A DNA stretch of 15,169 bases, taken from UHGV virus genome UHGV-1774420; one strand, given 5' to 3'. Every line of letters starts with the position of its first letter. Positions within the stretch are counted from its first letter, which is position 1. Below the pieces are notes generated by a model. That model did not search any database. It had not been told where the DNA came from and was given only the letters and a program-made list of their open reading frames with translations. This document shows, one piece after another, positions 6,010-14,586 of the stretch. Source of the DNA: a virus. Made by a program: the position numbers and the translations under genes.

Positions 6010-8111
6010 TGCTGAATCAGGAAACCGCAAAGGCAGCACGAACCGATTCAGGTTATATCCTTCGCGCACCGAGACGAATGCGGGTTGCTGATGCCGTTGC
6101 TCAGTATATGCGGGTGCCCATGGGGGCCGGGAACTCAGTCCCGTGGGATCCGCTGGTGGCACCGTATGTTATTGAGCCGATGAACTGCCTGGCCTCGCGT
6201 GAATACGACGCAGTGATATTTGTTGGCCCGGCACGAACCGGCAAGACTATCGGCCTGATTGACGGCTGGGTGATTTACAACGTGATTTGCGATCCTGCTG
6301 ATATGCTGATCATTCAGATGACGGAGGAAAAAGCCCGCGAACACTCCAAAAAACGACTCGCCAGAACGTTTCGCGTCAGCCCGGAAGTGGTCAGTCGCCT
6401 GAGTCCGAACAAAAATGACAACAACGTTTATGACAGAACATTCCTTGCTGGCAACTACCTGAAAATCGGCTGGCCGTCAGTCAATATCATGTCCTCATCA
6501 GATTATAAATGCGTCGCGCTGACGGATTATGACCGTTTTCCGGAAGATATTGATGGTGAGGGGGATGCCTTCTCTCTTGCCTCAAAACGTACCACCACAT
6601 TTATGTCCAGCGGTATGACGTTGGTGGAGAGTTCCCCCGGCAGGGATGTGAAGGATGTGAAATGGCGACGGACTTCACCGCATGAGGCTCCACCAACCAC
6701 GGGGATCCTGTCGCTCTATAACCGTGGTGATCGCCGTCGCTGGTACTGGCCCTGTCCACACTGTGGTGAGTATTTTCAGCCCTGCGGCGATGTGGTTGCT
6801 GGTTTCCGTGATATTGCCGATCCCGTGCTGGCAAGTGAGGCGGCTTATATTCAGTGTCCTTCCTGTTCAGGACGGATTATGCCTGAACACAAACGTGAGC
6901 TGAACGGACGTGGGGTCTGGTTGCGGGATGGTGAATCCATCAATGCGGATGGCAGTCGTTATGGTGATCCCCGACGCTCACGTATTGCGTCATTCTGGAT
7001 GGAGGGTCCGGCAGCTGCTTACCAGACACTCTCGCAACTCGTTTACAAACTGCTTACTGCAGAACAGGAATACGAGACAACCGGAAGTGAAGAAACACTC
7101 AAGACGGTTATCAATACCGACTGGGGATTACCTTATCTTCCCCGCGCCAGCATGGAGCAACGAAAAAGTGAACTGCTTGAGCAGCGGGCAGAGCCAGTTC
7201 CTTCCCGCAGTGTGCCGGATGGCGTTAATTTCCTTGTGGCGACAGTGGATGTGCAGGCGGGACGTCATCGCCGTTTTGTGGTTCAGGTAACGGGCTATGG
7301 CAGCCGTGGCGAACGCTGGATTATTGATCGTTACAACATCACGCAGTCATTGCGCGGTGACAGCGACGGGGAGAGCCAGCGAATTGATCCGGCCAGCTAT
7401 CCGGAAGACTGGGATGTCCTGCTGACGGATGTTTTTCATAAAAGCTGGCCGCTGGCCTCCGATCCTTCTCAACAAATGCGACTGATGGCAATGGCGGTGG
7501 ACTCCGGCGGTGAAGACGGGGTCACTGATAATGCCTATAAATTCTGGCGTCGTTGCCGTCGTGATGGCCTTGGTAAACGTATTTACCTGTTTAAGGGCGA
7601 CAGCATCCGGCGCGCAAAACTGATCACCCGTACATTCCCTGATAACACCGGACGAACGGGCCGACGGGCGCAGGCCGCAGGTGATGTGCCGCTCTGGCTT
7701 CTTCAGACGGATGCACTGAAAGACCGGGTGAATAACGCGTTATGGCGTGACTCGCCAGGTCCCGGCTATGTGCATTTCCCTGACTGGCTGGGGAGCTGGT
7801 TTTACGACGAACTGACGTATGAAGAGCGGAGCAGTGACGGGAAATGGAGTAAGCCGGGTCGCGGTGCCAACGAAGCTTTTGACCTGATGGTGTATGCCGA
7901 GGCTCTGGTCATTCTGCATGGATACGAAAAGATCCGCTGGCCGGATGCACCGGAGTGGGCGAGCCGGGAAACCTGGCTGGAGTGTGTCCAGGACAGTACC
8001 GAACCGTCATCCTCACCGGAACCGGTATCCACGCCTGTTAAAAAACAAAAACGGAAGAAAACAGTAACTGACGATGTTAACCCCTGGCTGACTTCCGGAG
8101 GATGGTTATGA
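6009..8111 (+). CDS. terminase large subunit (lambda gpA family)
   Basis: 700 aa. Walker A motif VGPARTGKT. Length and position match GpA-family terminases. GAGGAG RBS, with ATG overlapping the upstream stop. Confidence 0.92.
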   Translation: MLNQETAKAARTDSGYILRAPRRMRVADAVAQYMRVPMGAGNSVPWDPLVAPYVIEPMNCLASREYDAVIFVGPARTGKTIGLIDGWVIYNVICDPADMLIIQMTEEKAREHSKKRLARTFRVSPEVVSRLSPNKNDNNVYDRTFLAGNYLKIGWPSVNIMSSSDYKCVALTDYDRFPEDIDGEGDAFSLASKRTTTFMSSGMTLVESSPGRDVKDVKWRRTSPHEAPPTTGILSLYNRGDRRRWYWPCPHCGEYFQPCGDVVAGFRDIADPVLASEAAYIQCPSCSGRIMPEHKRELNGRGVWLRDGESINADGSRYGDPRRSRIASFWMEGPAAAYQTLSQLVYKLLTAEQEYETTGSEETLKTVINTDWGLPYLPRASMEQRKSELLEQRAEPVPSRSVPDGVNFLVATVDVQAGRHRRFVVQVTGYGSRGERWIIDRYNITQSLRGDSDGESQRIDPASYPEDWDVLLTDVFHKSWPLASDPSQQMRLMAMAVDSGGEDGVTDNAYKFWRRCRRDGLGKRIYLFKGDSIRRAKLITRTFPDNTGRTGRRAQAAGDVPLWLLQTDALKDRVNNALWRDSPGPGYVHFPDWLGSWFYDELTYEERSSDGKWSKPGRGANEAFDLMVYAEALVILHGYEKIRWPDAPEWASRETWLECVQDSTEPSSSPEPVSTPVKKQKRKKTVTDDVNPWLTSGGWL

Positions 8112-8320
8112 ACCAGAATGATATCGAAGCCATGATTCAGCGTTATATGGAAGCTGAAATGGCGGTGCTGGACGGAAAATCCGTCACCTTTAATGGTCAG
8201 CAGATGACCATGGAAAACTTATCTGAGATCCGGCAGGGACGGCAGGAGTGGGAGCGCCGCCTTGCGGCTCTGATTACACGACGACGGGGGCATCCCGGGT
8301 ACCGGCTGGCGAGGTTCTGA
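8108..8320 (+). CDS. W: gpW-like head-tail joining protein
   Basis: About 70 aa with C-terminus ...RRRGHPGYRLARF, resembling the lambda gpW C-terminus (...RRRGPAGFYV). ATG 8108 overlaps the terminase stop (ATGA); ATG 8102 is an alternative start. Confidence 0.7.
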   Translation: MNQNDIEAMIQRYMEAEMAVLDGKSVTFNGQQMTMENLSEIRQGRQEWERRLAALITRRRGHPGYRLARF

Positions 8321-9828
8321 TGGCAATTCTTGATGATGTGATTGGCGTTTTTTCACCTGGATGGAAAGCGGCAAGGCTGCGTTCCCGTGCGGTGATCCAG
8401 GCTTATGAAGCCGTAAAAACGACGCGGACACACAAAGCCCGACGGGAGAACCGAACTGCCGACCAGCTAAGCCAGTACGGGGCCGTGTCGTTACGTGAGC
8501 AGGCCCGTTACCTTGATAACAACCACGATCTGGTTATTGGTGTATTTGACAAGCTGGAAGAACGGGTGGTGGGGAAAAACGGGATTATTGTCGAGCCACA
8601 TCCGGTATTACGCAATGGGGCCATTGCCCGTGATCTGGCAGCGGAGATTCGCACCCGATGGAGTGAATGGTCTGTCAGCCCGGAAGTCACCGGGCAGTTT
8701 ACCCGTCCGATGCTGGAACGTCTGATGCTGCGTACCTGGCTGCGCGATGGTGAGGTGTTTGCCCAGATGGTTTCCGGGCGCATAAACAGCCTGACGCCTT
8801 CTGCCGGTGTTCATTTCTGGCTGGAGGCGCTCGAGCCAGACTTTATTCCCATGACCAGTGATGAGAGCAACAGGCTGAATCAGGGCGTGTTTGTTGATGA
8901 CTGGGGGCGTCCCGAAAAATATCTGGTGTATAAAAGCCGTCCCGTATCCGGACGGCAGATGGAAACCAAAGAAGTGGATGCAGAGCGAATGCTGCATCTT
9001 AAATTTGTTCGCCGTCTGCACCAGATGCGCGGGACGTCTTTGTTGTCCGGTGTGCTGATCCGCCTCAGTGCCCTGAAAGATTATGAAGATTATGAGCTGA
9101 CTGCAGCAAGGATCGCCGCTGCTCTGGGGATGTACATCCGCAAAGGCGACGGGCAGAGCTATGAACCGGATGGTAATGGCAGCAAGGATAAGGAACGCGA
9201 GCTTACCATTCAGCCAGGCATTATTTACGACGATCTGAAACCCGGCGAAGAAATCGGAATGGTGAAGTCGGATCGCCCCAATCCTAATCTTGAAACTTTT
9301 CGTAATGGTCAGTTGCGTGCAGTGGCGGCTGGCAGTCGTCTGAGTTTTTCCAGTACAGCGCGCAACTATAACGGCACTTACAGCGCCCAGCGTCAGGAGC
9401 TGGTTGAATCCACTGATGGCTACCTGATCCTGCAGGACTGGTTTATTGGTGCCGTCACCCGCCCGATGTACCGTGCCTGGCTGAAACAGGCTGTGGCATC
9501 CGGTGTTATCAGGCTACCCCGCGATCTTGACCGTTCTTCACTGTATACCGCGGTGTATTCCGGACCGGTGATGCCGTGGATTGACCCTGTTAAGGAGGCT
9601 GAGGCCTGGAAAATCCAGATTCGTGGTGGAGCGGCGACAGAATCAGACTGGGTACGTGCAGGTGGTCGTAATCCGGATGATGTCAAACGTCGGCGCAAGG
9701 CCGAAATTGATGAAAACCGCAAGCTGGATCTGGTATTTGATACCGATCCGGCCAGTGATAAAGGAGGCAGCAGTGCCGCAACGAAACGACAGGAGCCGCA
9801 GCACACCGATGACCAGTCCGAAGAATAA
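8320..9828 (+). CDS. B: portal protein (lambda gpB family)
   Basis: About 502 aa, directly downstream of terminase and W. ATG 8320 overlaps the W stop. The ORF track's upstream extension (from 8248) overlaps W and lacks an RBS. Confidence 0.88.
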   Translation: MAILDDVIGVFSPGWKAARLRSRAVIQAYEAVKTTRTHKARRENRTADQLSQYGAVSLREQARYLDNNHDLVIGVFDKLEERVVGKNGIIVEPHPVLRNGAIARDLAAEIRTRWSEWSVSPEVTGQFTRPMLERLMLRTWLRDGEVFAQMVSGRINSLTPSAGVHFWLEALEPDFIPMTSDESNRLNQGVFVDDWGRPEKYLVYKSRPVSGRQMETKEVDAERMLHLKFVRRLHQMRGTSLLSGVLIRLSALKDYEDYELTAARIAAALGMYIRKGDGQSYEPDGNGSKDKERELTIQPGIIYDDLKPGEEIGMVKSDRPNPNLETFRNGQLRAVAAGSRLSFSSTARNYNGTYSAQRQELVESTDGYLILQDWFIGAVTRPMYRAWLKQAVASGVIRLPRDLDRSSLYTAVYSGPVMPWIDPVKEAEAWKIQIRGGAATESDWVRAGGRNPDDVKRRRKAEIDENRKLDLVFDTDPASDKGGSSAATKRQEPQHTDDQSEE

Positions 9829-11800
9829 TTCCTGGTTCAGGATGCAGGCTGGTCACCAGAGTGACGCGGATATTTATATTTATGACGAGATTGGTTTCTG
9901 GGGTGTTACAGCGAAGCAGTTTATCAGTGATCTGAATGCACTGGGCGATATCACCCACATTAATCTCCATATCAATTCACCGGGTGGCGATGTCTTTGAA
10001 GGCATCGCCATTTTTAATGCGCTGAAAACACATGGTGCGTCCATTACCGTTTATGTCGACGGTGTGGCGGCGTCAATGGCGTCGGTCATTGCGATGGTGG
10101 GAAAACCGGTCATTATGCCGGAAAACACCTTCATGATGATTCATAAACCATTTGGCTTTACGGGCGGTGATGCGGAGGACATGCGCACCTATGCCGACCT
10201 GCTCGATAAGGTTGAGGCGGTTCTGTTACCCGCTTATGCACAGAAAACCGGGAAAACCACCGATGAAATTGCTGCCATGCTGGCGGATGAGACCTGGATG
10301 TCCGGTGCCGAATGTCTGGCACATGGATTTGCTGATCAGGTGACGCCAGCCGTTAAGGCAATGGCATGTATTCAGTCAAAACGTACAGAGGAATTTAAAA
10401 AGATGCCGGAATCCATTCGAAACATGATTACTCCGCCACGCAACAGTGCTCCACGCGTACAGGATAATGAACCTGCAGCCTCCCGGACGCCAGTGCAGGC
10501 AGCAGCACCCGTGGTGGATGAAAACAGTATCCGTGCGCAGGTACTGGCAGAGCAAAAAGCGCGTGTAAACGGTATTAATGATCTGTTTGCCATGTTTGGC
10601 GGGCGTTATCAGACGCTGCAGGCTCAGTGTCTTGCCGATCCTGAATGTTCGCTGGAGCAGGCCCGCGAAAAGCTGTTGAACGAGATGGGGCGCGAGTCCA
10701 CGCCATCCAATAAAAATACCCCGGCTCATATTTATGCCGGTAACGGTAATTTTGTGGGGGACGGGATCCGCCAGGCGCTGATGGCGCGTGCCGGATTTGA
10801 AAAAACCGAACGTGATAATGTCTACAACGGGATGACCCTGCGTGAATATGCCCGTATGTCACTGACTGAACGGGGTATTGGGGTTTCCGGTTATAACCCG
10901 ATGCAGATGGTCGGTGCGGCGTTCACACACAGTACGTCTGACTTCGGTAATATTCTGCTGGATGTTGCGAACAAAGCCATTCTGCAGGGCTGGGAGGATG
11001 CCCCTGAAACCTATGAAAAGTGGACGCGGAAAGGTCAGTTGTCTGATTTTAAAATTGCCCATCGCGTGGGTATGGGGGGCTTCAGTGCTCTGCGTCAGGT
11101 GCGTGAAGGGGCGGAATATAAATACGTCACCACCGGAGATAAACAGGCCACTATTGCACTGGCGACCTATGGCGAGCTGTTCAGTATCACCCGTCAGGCC
11201 ATTATCAATGATGATCTGAATATGCTGACCGATGTCCCGATGAAGCTGGGCCGTGCGGCGAAATCCACTATTGCCGATCTGGTTTATGCCATTCTGACGT
11301 CTAACCCGAAAATCTCCACAGATAATGTAAGTCTGTTCGATAAAGCGAAACATGCAAACGTACTGGAGGACGCTGCAATGGACGTGGCATCGCTGGATAA
11401 AGCCCGCCAGTTGATGCGTGTTCAGAAAGAGGGGGAGCGTCATCTGAATATTCGTCCTGCGTTCGTACTGGTACCGACGGCGATGGAGTCTGTTGCTAAC
11501 CAGGTCATTCGCTCCTCAAGTGTCAAGGGGGCTGACATTAACGCCGGTATTATTAACCCGGTGAAAGATTTTGCGACCGTTATTGCAGAGCCTCGTCTTG
11601 ATGATAACAGCCAGACCACCTTCTACCTGGCTGCGTCAAAAGGCTCCGATACGATTGAAGTGGCTTATCTCAACGGTGTGGATACGCCATATATTGATCA
11701 GATGGAGGGCTTCAGTGTGGATGGCGTGACAACGAAAGTGCGTATTGACGCCGGTGTCGCGCCAGTTGATCACCGCGGTCTGGTGAAATGTACGGCGTAA
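9809..11800 (+). CDS. head maturation protease (ClpP/S14-like) - scaffold - major capsid protein fusion polyprotein
   Basis: N-terminal ClpP-like region (IYIYDEIGFWGV...INSPGGDVFEGIAIFNAL...GVAASMASVIAMVG...MMIHKP), a central low-complexity Ala/Gln-rich linker, and a C-terminal capsid-like domain of about 300 aa. AGGAG at 9791-9795 lies 13 nt before ATG 9809; ATG 9842 is an alternative start. The same single-ORF arrangement is known from Gifsy-2-like heads. Confidence 0.85.
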   Translation: MTSPKNNSWFRMQAGHQSDADIYIYDEIGFWGVTAKQFISDLNALGDITHINLHINSPGGDVFEGIAIFNALKTHGASITVYVDGVAASMASVIAMVGKPVIMPENTFMMIHKPFGFTGGDAEDMRTYADLLDKVEAVLLPAYAQKTGKTTDEIAAMLADETWMSGAECLAHGFADQVTPAVKAMACIQSKRTEEFKKMPESIRNMITPPRNSAPRVQDNEPAASRTPVQAAAPVVDENSIRAQVLAEQKARVNGINDLFAMFGGRYQTLQAQCLADPECSLEQAREKLLNEMGRESTPSNKNTPAHIYAGNGNFVGDGIRQALMARAGFEKTERDNVYNGMTLREYARMSLTERGIGVSGYNPMQMVGAAFTHSTSDFGNILLDVANKAILQGWEDAPETYEKWTRKGQLSDFKIAHRVGMGGFSALRQVREGAEYKYVTTGDKQATIALATYGELFSITRQAIINDDLNMLTDVPMKLGRAAKSTIADLVYAILTSNPKISTDNVSLFDKAKHANVLEDAAMDVASLDKARQLMRVQKEGERHLNIRPAFVLVPTAMESVANQVIRSSSVKGADINAGIINPVKDFATVIAEPRLDDNSQTTFYLAASKGSDTIEVAYLNGVDTPYIDQMEGFSVDGVTTKVRIDAGVAPVDHRGLVKCTA

Positions 11801-11886
11801 ACATCGCAGACAACAACTCTGATGGCCCGTAAGGGCTTTTTTTGTACCTGAAATCAGCCCCTGAACGGGGCTGTGTGGAGACAGTT

Positions 11887-12210
11887 ATGGCAAAGAATTT
11901 TGTAGAAGAAGGAAAAACGGTGGCGATTGTTGCCAGTGCAGCCATCAGCAGCGGAGATCTGGTGCAGGTGGGTGATGTTTTTGCGGTGGCGCTGACCGAT
12001 ATTCCACAAGGTGAAACAGGCGACGGTATGACCGAAGGTGTGTTTATGCTGCCTAAGCTGAAAACGGATGACATGAAAACGGGTAAGAAGGTTTATCTGA
12101 AGTCCGGAAAAGTTCAGTTGACTAACAGCGGCTCTGATCCGCTGGTCGGGGTTGTCTGGGCAGATGCCGGAACCAGTGCAGAAGAAGTGCCGGTAAAACT
12201 CAATGTCTGA
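11887..12210 (+). CDS. DUF2190-like small head protein (putative capsid decoration/cement protein)
   Basis: 107 aa, MAKNFVEEGKTVAIVASAAISSGDLVQVGDVFAVALTDIP..., Gly/Val-rich beta-type sequence directly after the capsid gene. Start has a GGAGACAG RBS. Confidence 0.55.
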   Translation: MAKNFVEEGKTVAIVASAAISSGDLVQVGDVFAVALTDIPQGETGDGMTEGVFMLPKLKTDDMKTGKKVYLKSGKVQLTNSGSDPLVGVVWADAGTSAEEVPVKLNV

Positions 12211-12478
12211 TCCCTTTTCCCGGCTGGCAGCGCGTATGGATGCTATCACGGTCAGAAAGATGGGAAAGACAGCCTCGATTAATGATGTCGATATGACCGT
12301 GATCCCGGGAGAAACACTGGCAGAGCTGAATGCTCTGTCCGGACCTGCGGTCTCTCTGGTGGTGTTTTCTTCGGGATACCGCCCACGGCGCGGGGATCGC
12401 GTTGTTTATGACGGACAACAATGGACGGTCACACGGCATGAACGCTTTAACGGTAAGCCAATGATCTTTATTGAGTAA
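12203..12478 (+). CDS. FII: head-tail joining protein, lambda gpFII-like
   Basis: MSDPFSRLAARMDAITVRKMGKTASI... and ...RRGDRVVYDGQQWTV parallel lambda FII (MADFDNLFDAAIARADETIRGYMGTSATI... RRGDTLTIGEENFWV) as recalled. Start overlaps the upstream stop. Confidence 0.65.
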   Translation: MSDPFSRLAARMDAITVRKMGKTASINDVDMTVIPGETLAELNALSGPAVSLVVFSSGYRPRRGDRVVYDGQQWTVTRHERFNGKPMIFIE

Positions 12479-12489
12479 AGAGGTGTGGG

Positions 12490-13068
12490 ATGAAGGGGCT
12501 TGAGAATGCCATCCGCAATCTGAACAGCCTTGATACCCGTATGGTGCCACAGGCCAGCGCATGGGCGATAAACCGTGTGGCACAGAAAGCGGTCTCGGTT
12601 GCCACCCGGCAGGTTGCCGGGAATACCGTTGCGGGAGATAACCAGGTGAAAGGGATCCCCCTGAAACTGGTACGTCAGCGTGTCCGGGTGTTTAAAGCCA
12701 GTCCGTCAGGAAAAATGACGGCCAGGATCCGCGTTAACCGGGGCAATCTGCCCGCCATTAAGCTGGGGACAGCCCGGGTCAGACTGGCCCGGCGTGGTGG
12801 AAAACTGCAGTACCGTGGCAGCGTGCTGAAGGTGGGTAAATATCTTTTCCGGGATGCGTTTATTCAGCAACTGGCGAATGGTCGCTGGCATGTGATGCGG
12901 CGTATTGATGGCAAAAATCGTTACCCCATTGATGTGGTGAAAATCCCGCTGTCCGGACCGCTGACACAGGCATTTGAAGATGCCCGCGATCGCATCATTG
13001 CTGCGGAAATGCCGAAACAGCTGGGGTATGCACTGAAACAACAACTGAGGTTATGGCTGACCCGATGA
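12490..13068 (+). CDS. Z: tail completion protein, lambda gpZ homologue
   Basis: 192 aa, the same length as lambda Z. Shared blocks include KGLE.A..NL, AINRVA, IKLG.ARV, FIQQL.NGRWHVM.R..GKNRYPIDVVKIP and LGYAL..QLR. Confidence 0.9.
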   Translation: MKGLENAIRNLNSLDTRMVPQASAWAINRVAQKAVSVATRQVAGNTVAGDNQVKGIPLKLVRQRVRVFKASPSGKMTARIRVNRGNLPAIKLGTARVRLARRGGKLQYRGSVLKVGKYLFRDAFIQQLANGRWHVMRRIDGKNRYPIDVVKIPLSGPLTQAFEDARDRIIAAEMPKQLGYALKQQLRLWLTR

Positions 13069-13466
13069 ACCGACATACACAAATCCGCCAGGCCGTACTG
13101 GCACGCCTTCGGGAACAGTGTGGAGACAGCGCCACATTTTTTGACGGGCTTCCGGCATTTATTGATGCGCAGGAACTGCCTGCCGTGGCGGTGTGGCTGA
13201 GTGATGCTCAGTACACCGGAAAAATGACGGATGAAGATGACTGGCAGGCTGTTCTGCATATTGCCGTCTTCATCCGGGCACAGGCACCGGATTCAGAGCT
13301 GGATATGTGGATGGAGAGCACCATTTTCCCGGCCCTGAATGATGTACCGGCACTTTCCGGACTCATCGACACCCTGATCCCACTCGGTTTTAACTATCAA
13401 CGTGATAATGAGATGGCCACCTGGGCGATGGCGGAAATCACGTACCAGATCACGTACACGAATTAA
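13065..13466 (+). CDS. U: tail terminator protein, lambda gpU homologue
   Basis: Shared blocks with lambda U: ATFFDG.PA, FPAVAV.L..A.YTG, W.A.LHI.VF..AQ.PDSELD.WMES.I.P, LTY.ITY. ATG 13065 overlaps the Z stop (ATGA); ATG 13053 is an alternative start. Confidence 0.9.
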   Translation: MNRHTQIRQAVLARLREQCGDSATFFDGLPAFIDAQELPAVAVWLSDAQYTGKMTDEDDWQAVLHIAVFIRAQAPDSELDMWMESTIFPALNDVPALSGLIDTLIPLGFNYQRDNEMATWAMAEITYQITYTN

Positions 13467-13476
13467 GGAGGTGGCA

Positions 13477-14220
13477 ATGACCACACCAAATCCACTGGCA
13501 AAAACGAAAGGTGCGGGAACGACGTTCTGGATGTACACCGGCAAGGGCGATGCGTTTGCGAACCCTTTATCGGACACTGACTGGCTGCGTCTTGCGATGG
13601 TGAAGGATCTGCAGCCTGGCGAAATGACCGCTGATGCAGAAGATGACACTTATCTCGATGATGAAGATGCAGACTGGAAAACGACAACCCAGGGGCAGAA
13701 ATCCGTCGGTGATACTTCGGCGACGCTGGCCTGGCGTCCGGGTGACAGCGGGCAGAAAAAACTGGTTCAGTTGTTCGACTCCGGTGAAGTCTGCGCGTTT
13801 CGTATCAAATATCCCAACGGTACTGTTGATGTTTTCCGTGGCTGGCTGAGTTCACTGGGTAAAACCATTGCCTCAAAAGACGTGATGACCCGCACAGTGA
13901 AAATCAGCGGTGTGGGGCGTCCGTATCTGGCAGAAGAAGGCACTGAAACCGTGGGCGTTACCGGGCTGACGGTGGCACCGGCATCTGCCAGTGTAAAAGT
14001 GGGAGCAACCACCACGCTGACCTTTACAGTAAAACCTGACGGAGCCAGTGACAAAGCGATCAGTGTGCATTCGACAGATCCACAGACTGCCACGGTGACC
14101 CTGAACGGGCTTGTGGCCACGGTGAAAGGCGTGAAGCAGGGCAGTGTCAGCATTGTGGGCATGACTTCTGACGGCGATTTTGTGGCAGTGGCTACGGTGG
14201 CCGTCAGCGCCGCAGGTTAA
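13477..14220 (+). CDS. V: major tail protein, lambda gpV homologue, with C-terminal Ig-like (Big_2) domain
   Basis: MTTPNPLAKTKGAGTTFWMYTGKGDAFANPLSD...YLDDEDADW...NGTVDVFRGW... tracks lambda V ([33 protein letters not shown]...). AAGGAGG RBS 5 nt upstream. 247 aa. Confidence 0.92.
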   Translation: MTTPNPLAKTKGAGTTFWMYTGKGDAFANPLSDTDWLRLAMVKDLQPGEMTADAEDDTYLDDEDADWKTTTQGQKSVGDTSATLAWRPGDSGQKKLVQLFDSGEVCAFRIKYPNGTVDVFRGWLSSLGKTIASKDVMTRTVKISGVGRPYLAEEGTETVGVTGLTVAPASASVKVGATTTLTFTVKPDGASDKAISVHSTDPQTATVTLNGLVATVKGVKQGSVSIVGMTSDGDFVAVATVAVSAAG

Positions 14221-14247
14221 CAGGACGATAAGTGGAGCATATCGGTA

Positions 14248-14577
14248 ATGGAGACGTTTCACTGGAAAGTGCGCCCGGATATGAATGTGGTATCAGAGCC
14301 GAAAGTGGTGACAGTGAAGCTGGGCGATGGTTATGAACAGCGTCGTGCGGCGGGACTGAATAACCAGTTGTCGACTTACAGCGTGACGATACGTGTTCGT
14401 AAATGTGAACACCCATCTTTGAAAGCCTTTCTGGAACGGCACGGTGGCGTCCGCGCATTTCAGTGGACGCCACCTTATGACTGGAAGCCGATCAGGGTGG
14501 TTTGTCGTAAATGGTCGGCAAGCGTGGGGGCGCTGTGGGTAACCATAACGGCAGATTTTGAACAGGTCGTGGCATAG
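14248..14577 (+). CDS. M: tail tip protein, lambda gpM homologue
   Basis: 109 aa, the same length as lambda M. Shared blocks W.KV.P.M.V.S.P.V..V..GDGY.QR..AGLN..L.TYSV, HGG...F.WTPPY.W..I.V.C.KWS and FEQVV. Confidence 0.9.
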   Translation: METFHWKVRPDMNVVSEPKVVTVKLGDGYEQRRAAGLNNQLSTYSVTIRVRKCEHPSLKAFLERHGGVRAFQWTPPYDWKPIRVVCRKWSASVGALWVTITADFEQVVA

Positions 14578-14586
14578 GAGGCCCTG

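Noticed and set aside
10859-11443. 194-aa minus-strand ORF antisense to the capsid gene, and similar antisense ORFs inside the terminase, portal and V genes
   Set aside because: They overlap genes with strong, recognisable homology on the opposite strand, lack RBSs, and their translations are low-complexity Arg/Cys/His-rich as expected for antisense reading of GC-rich coding DNA.
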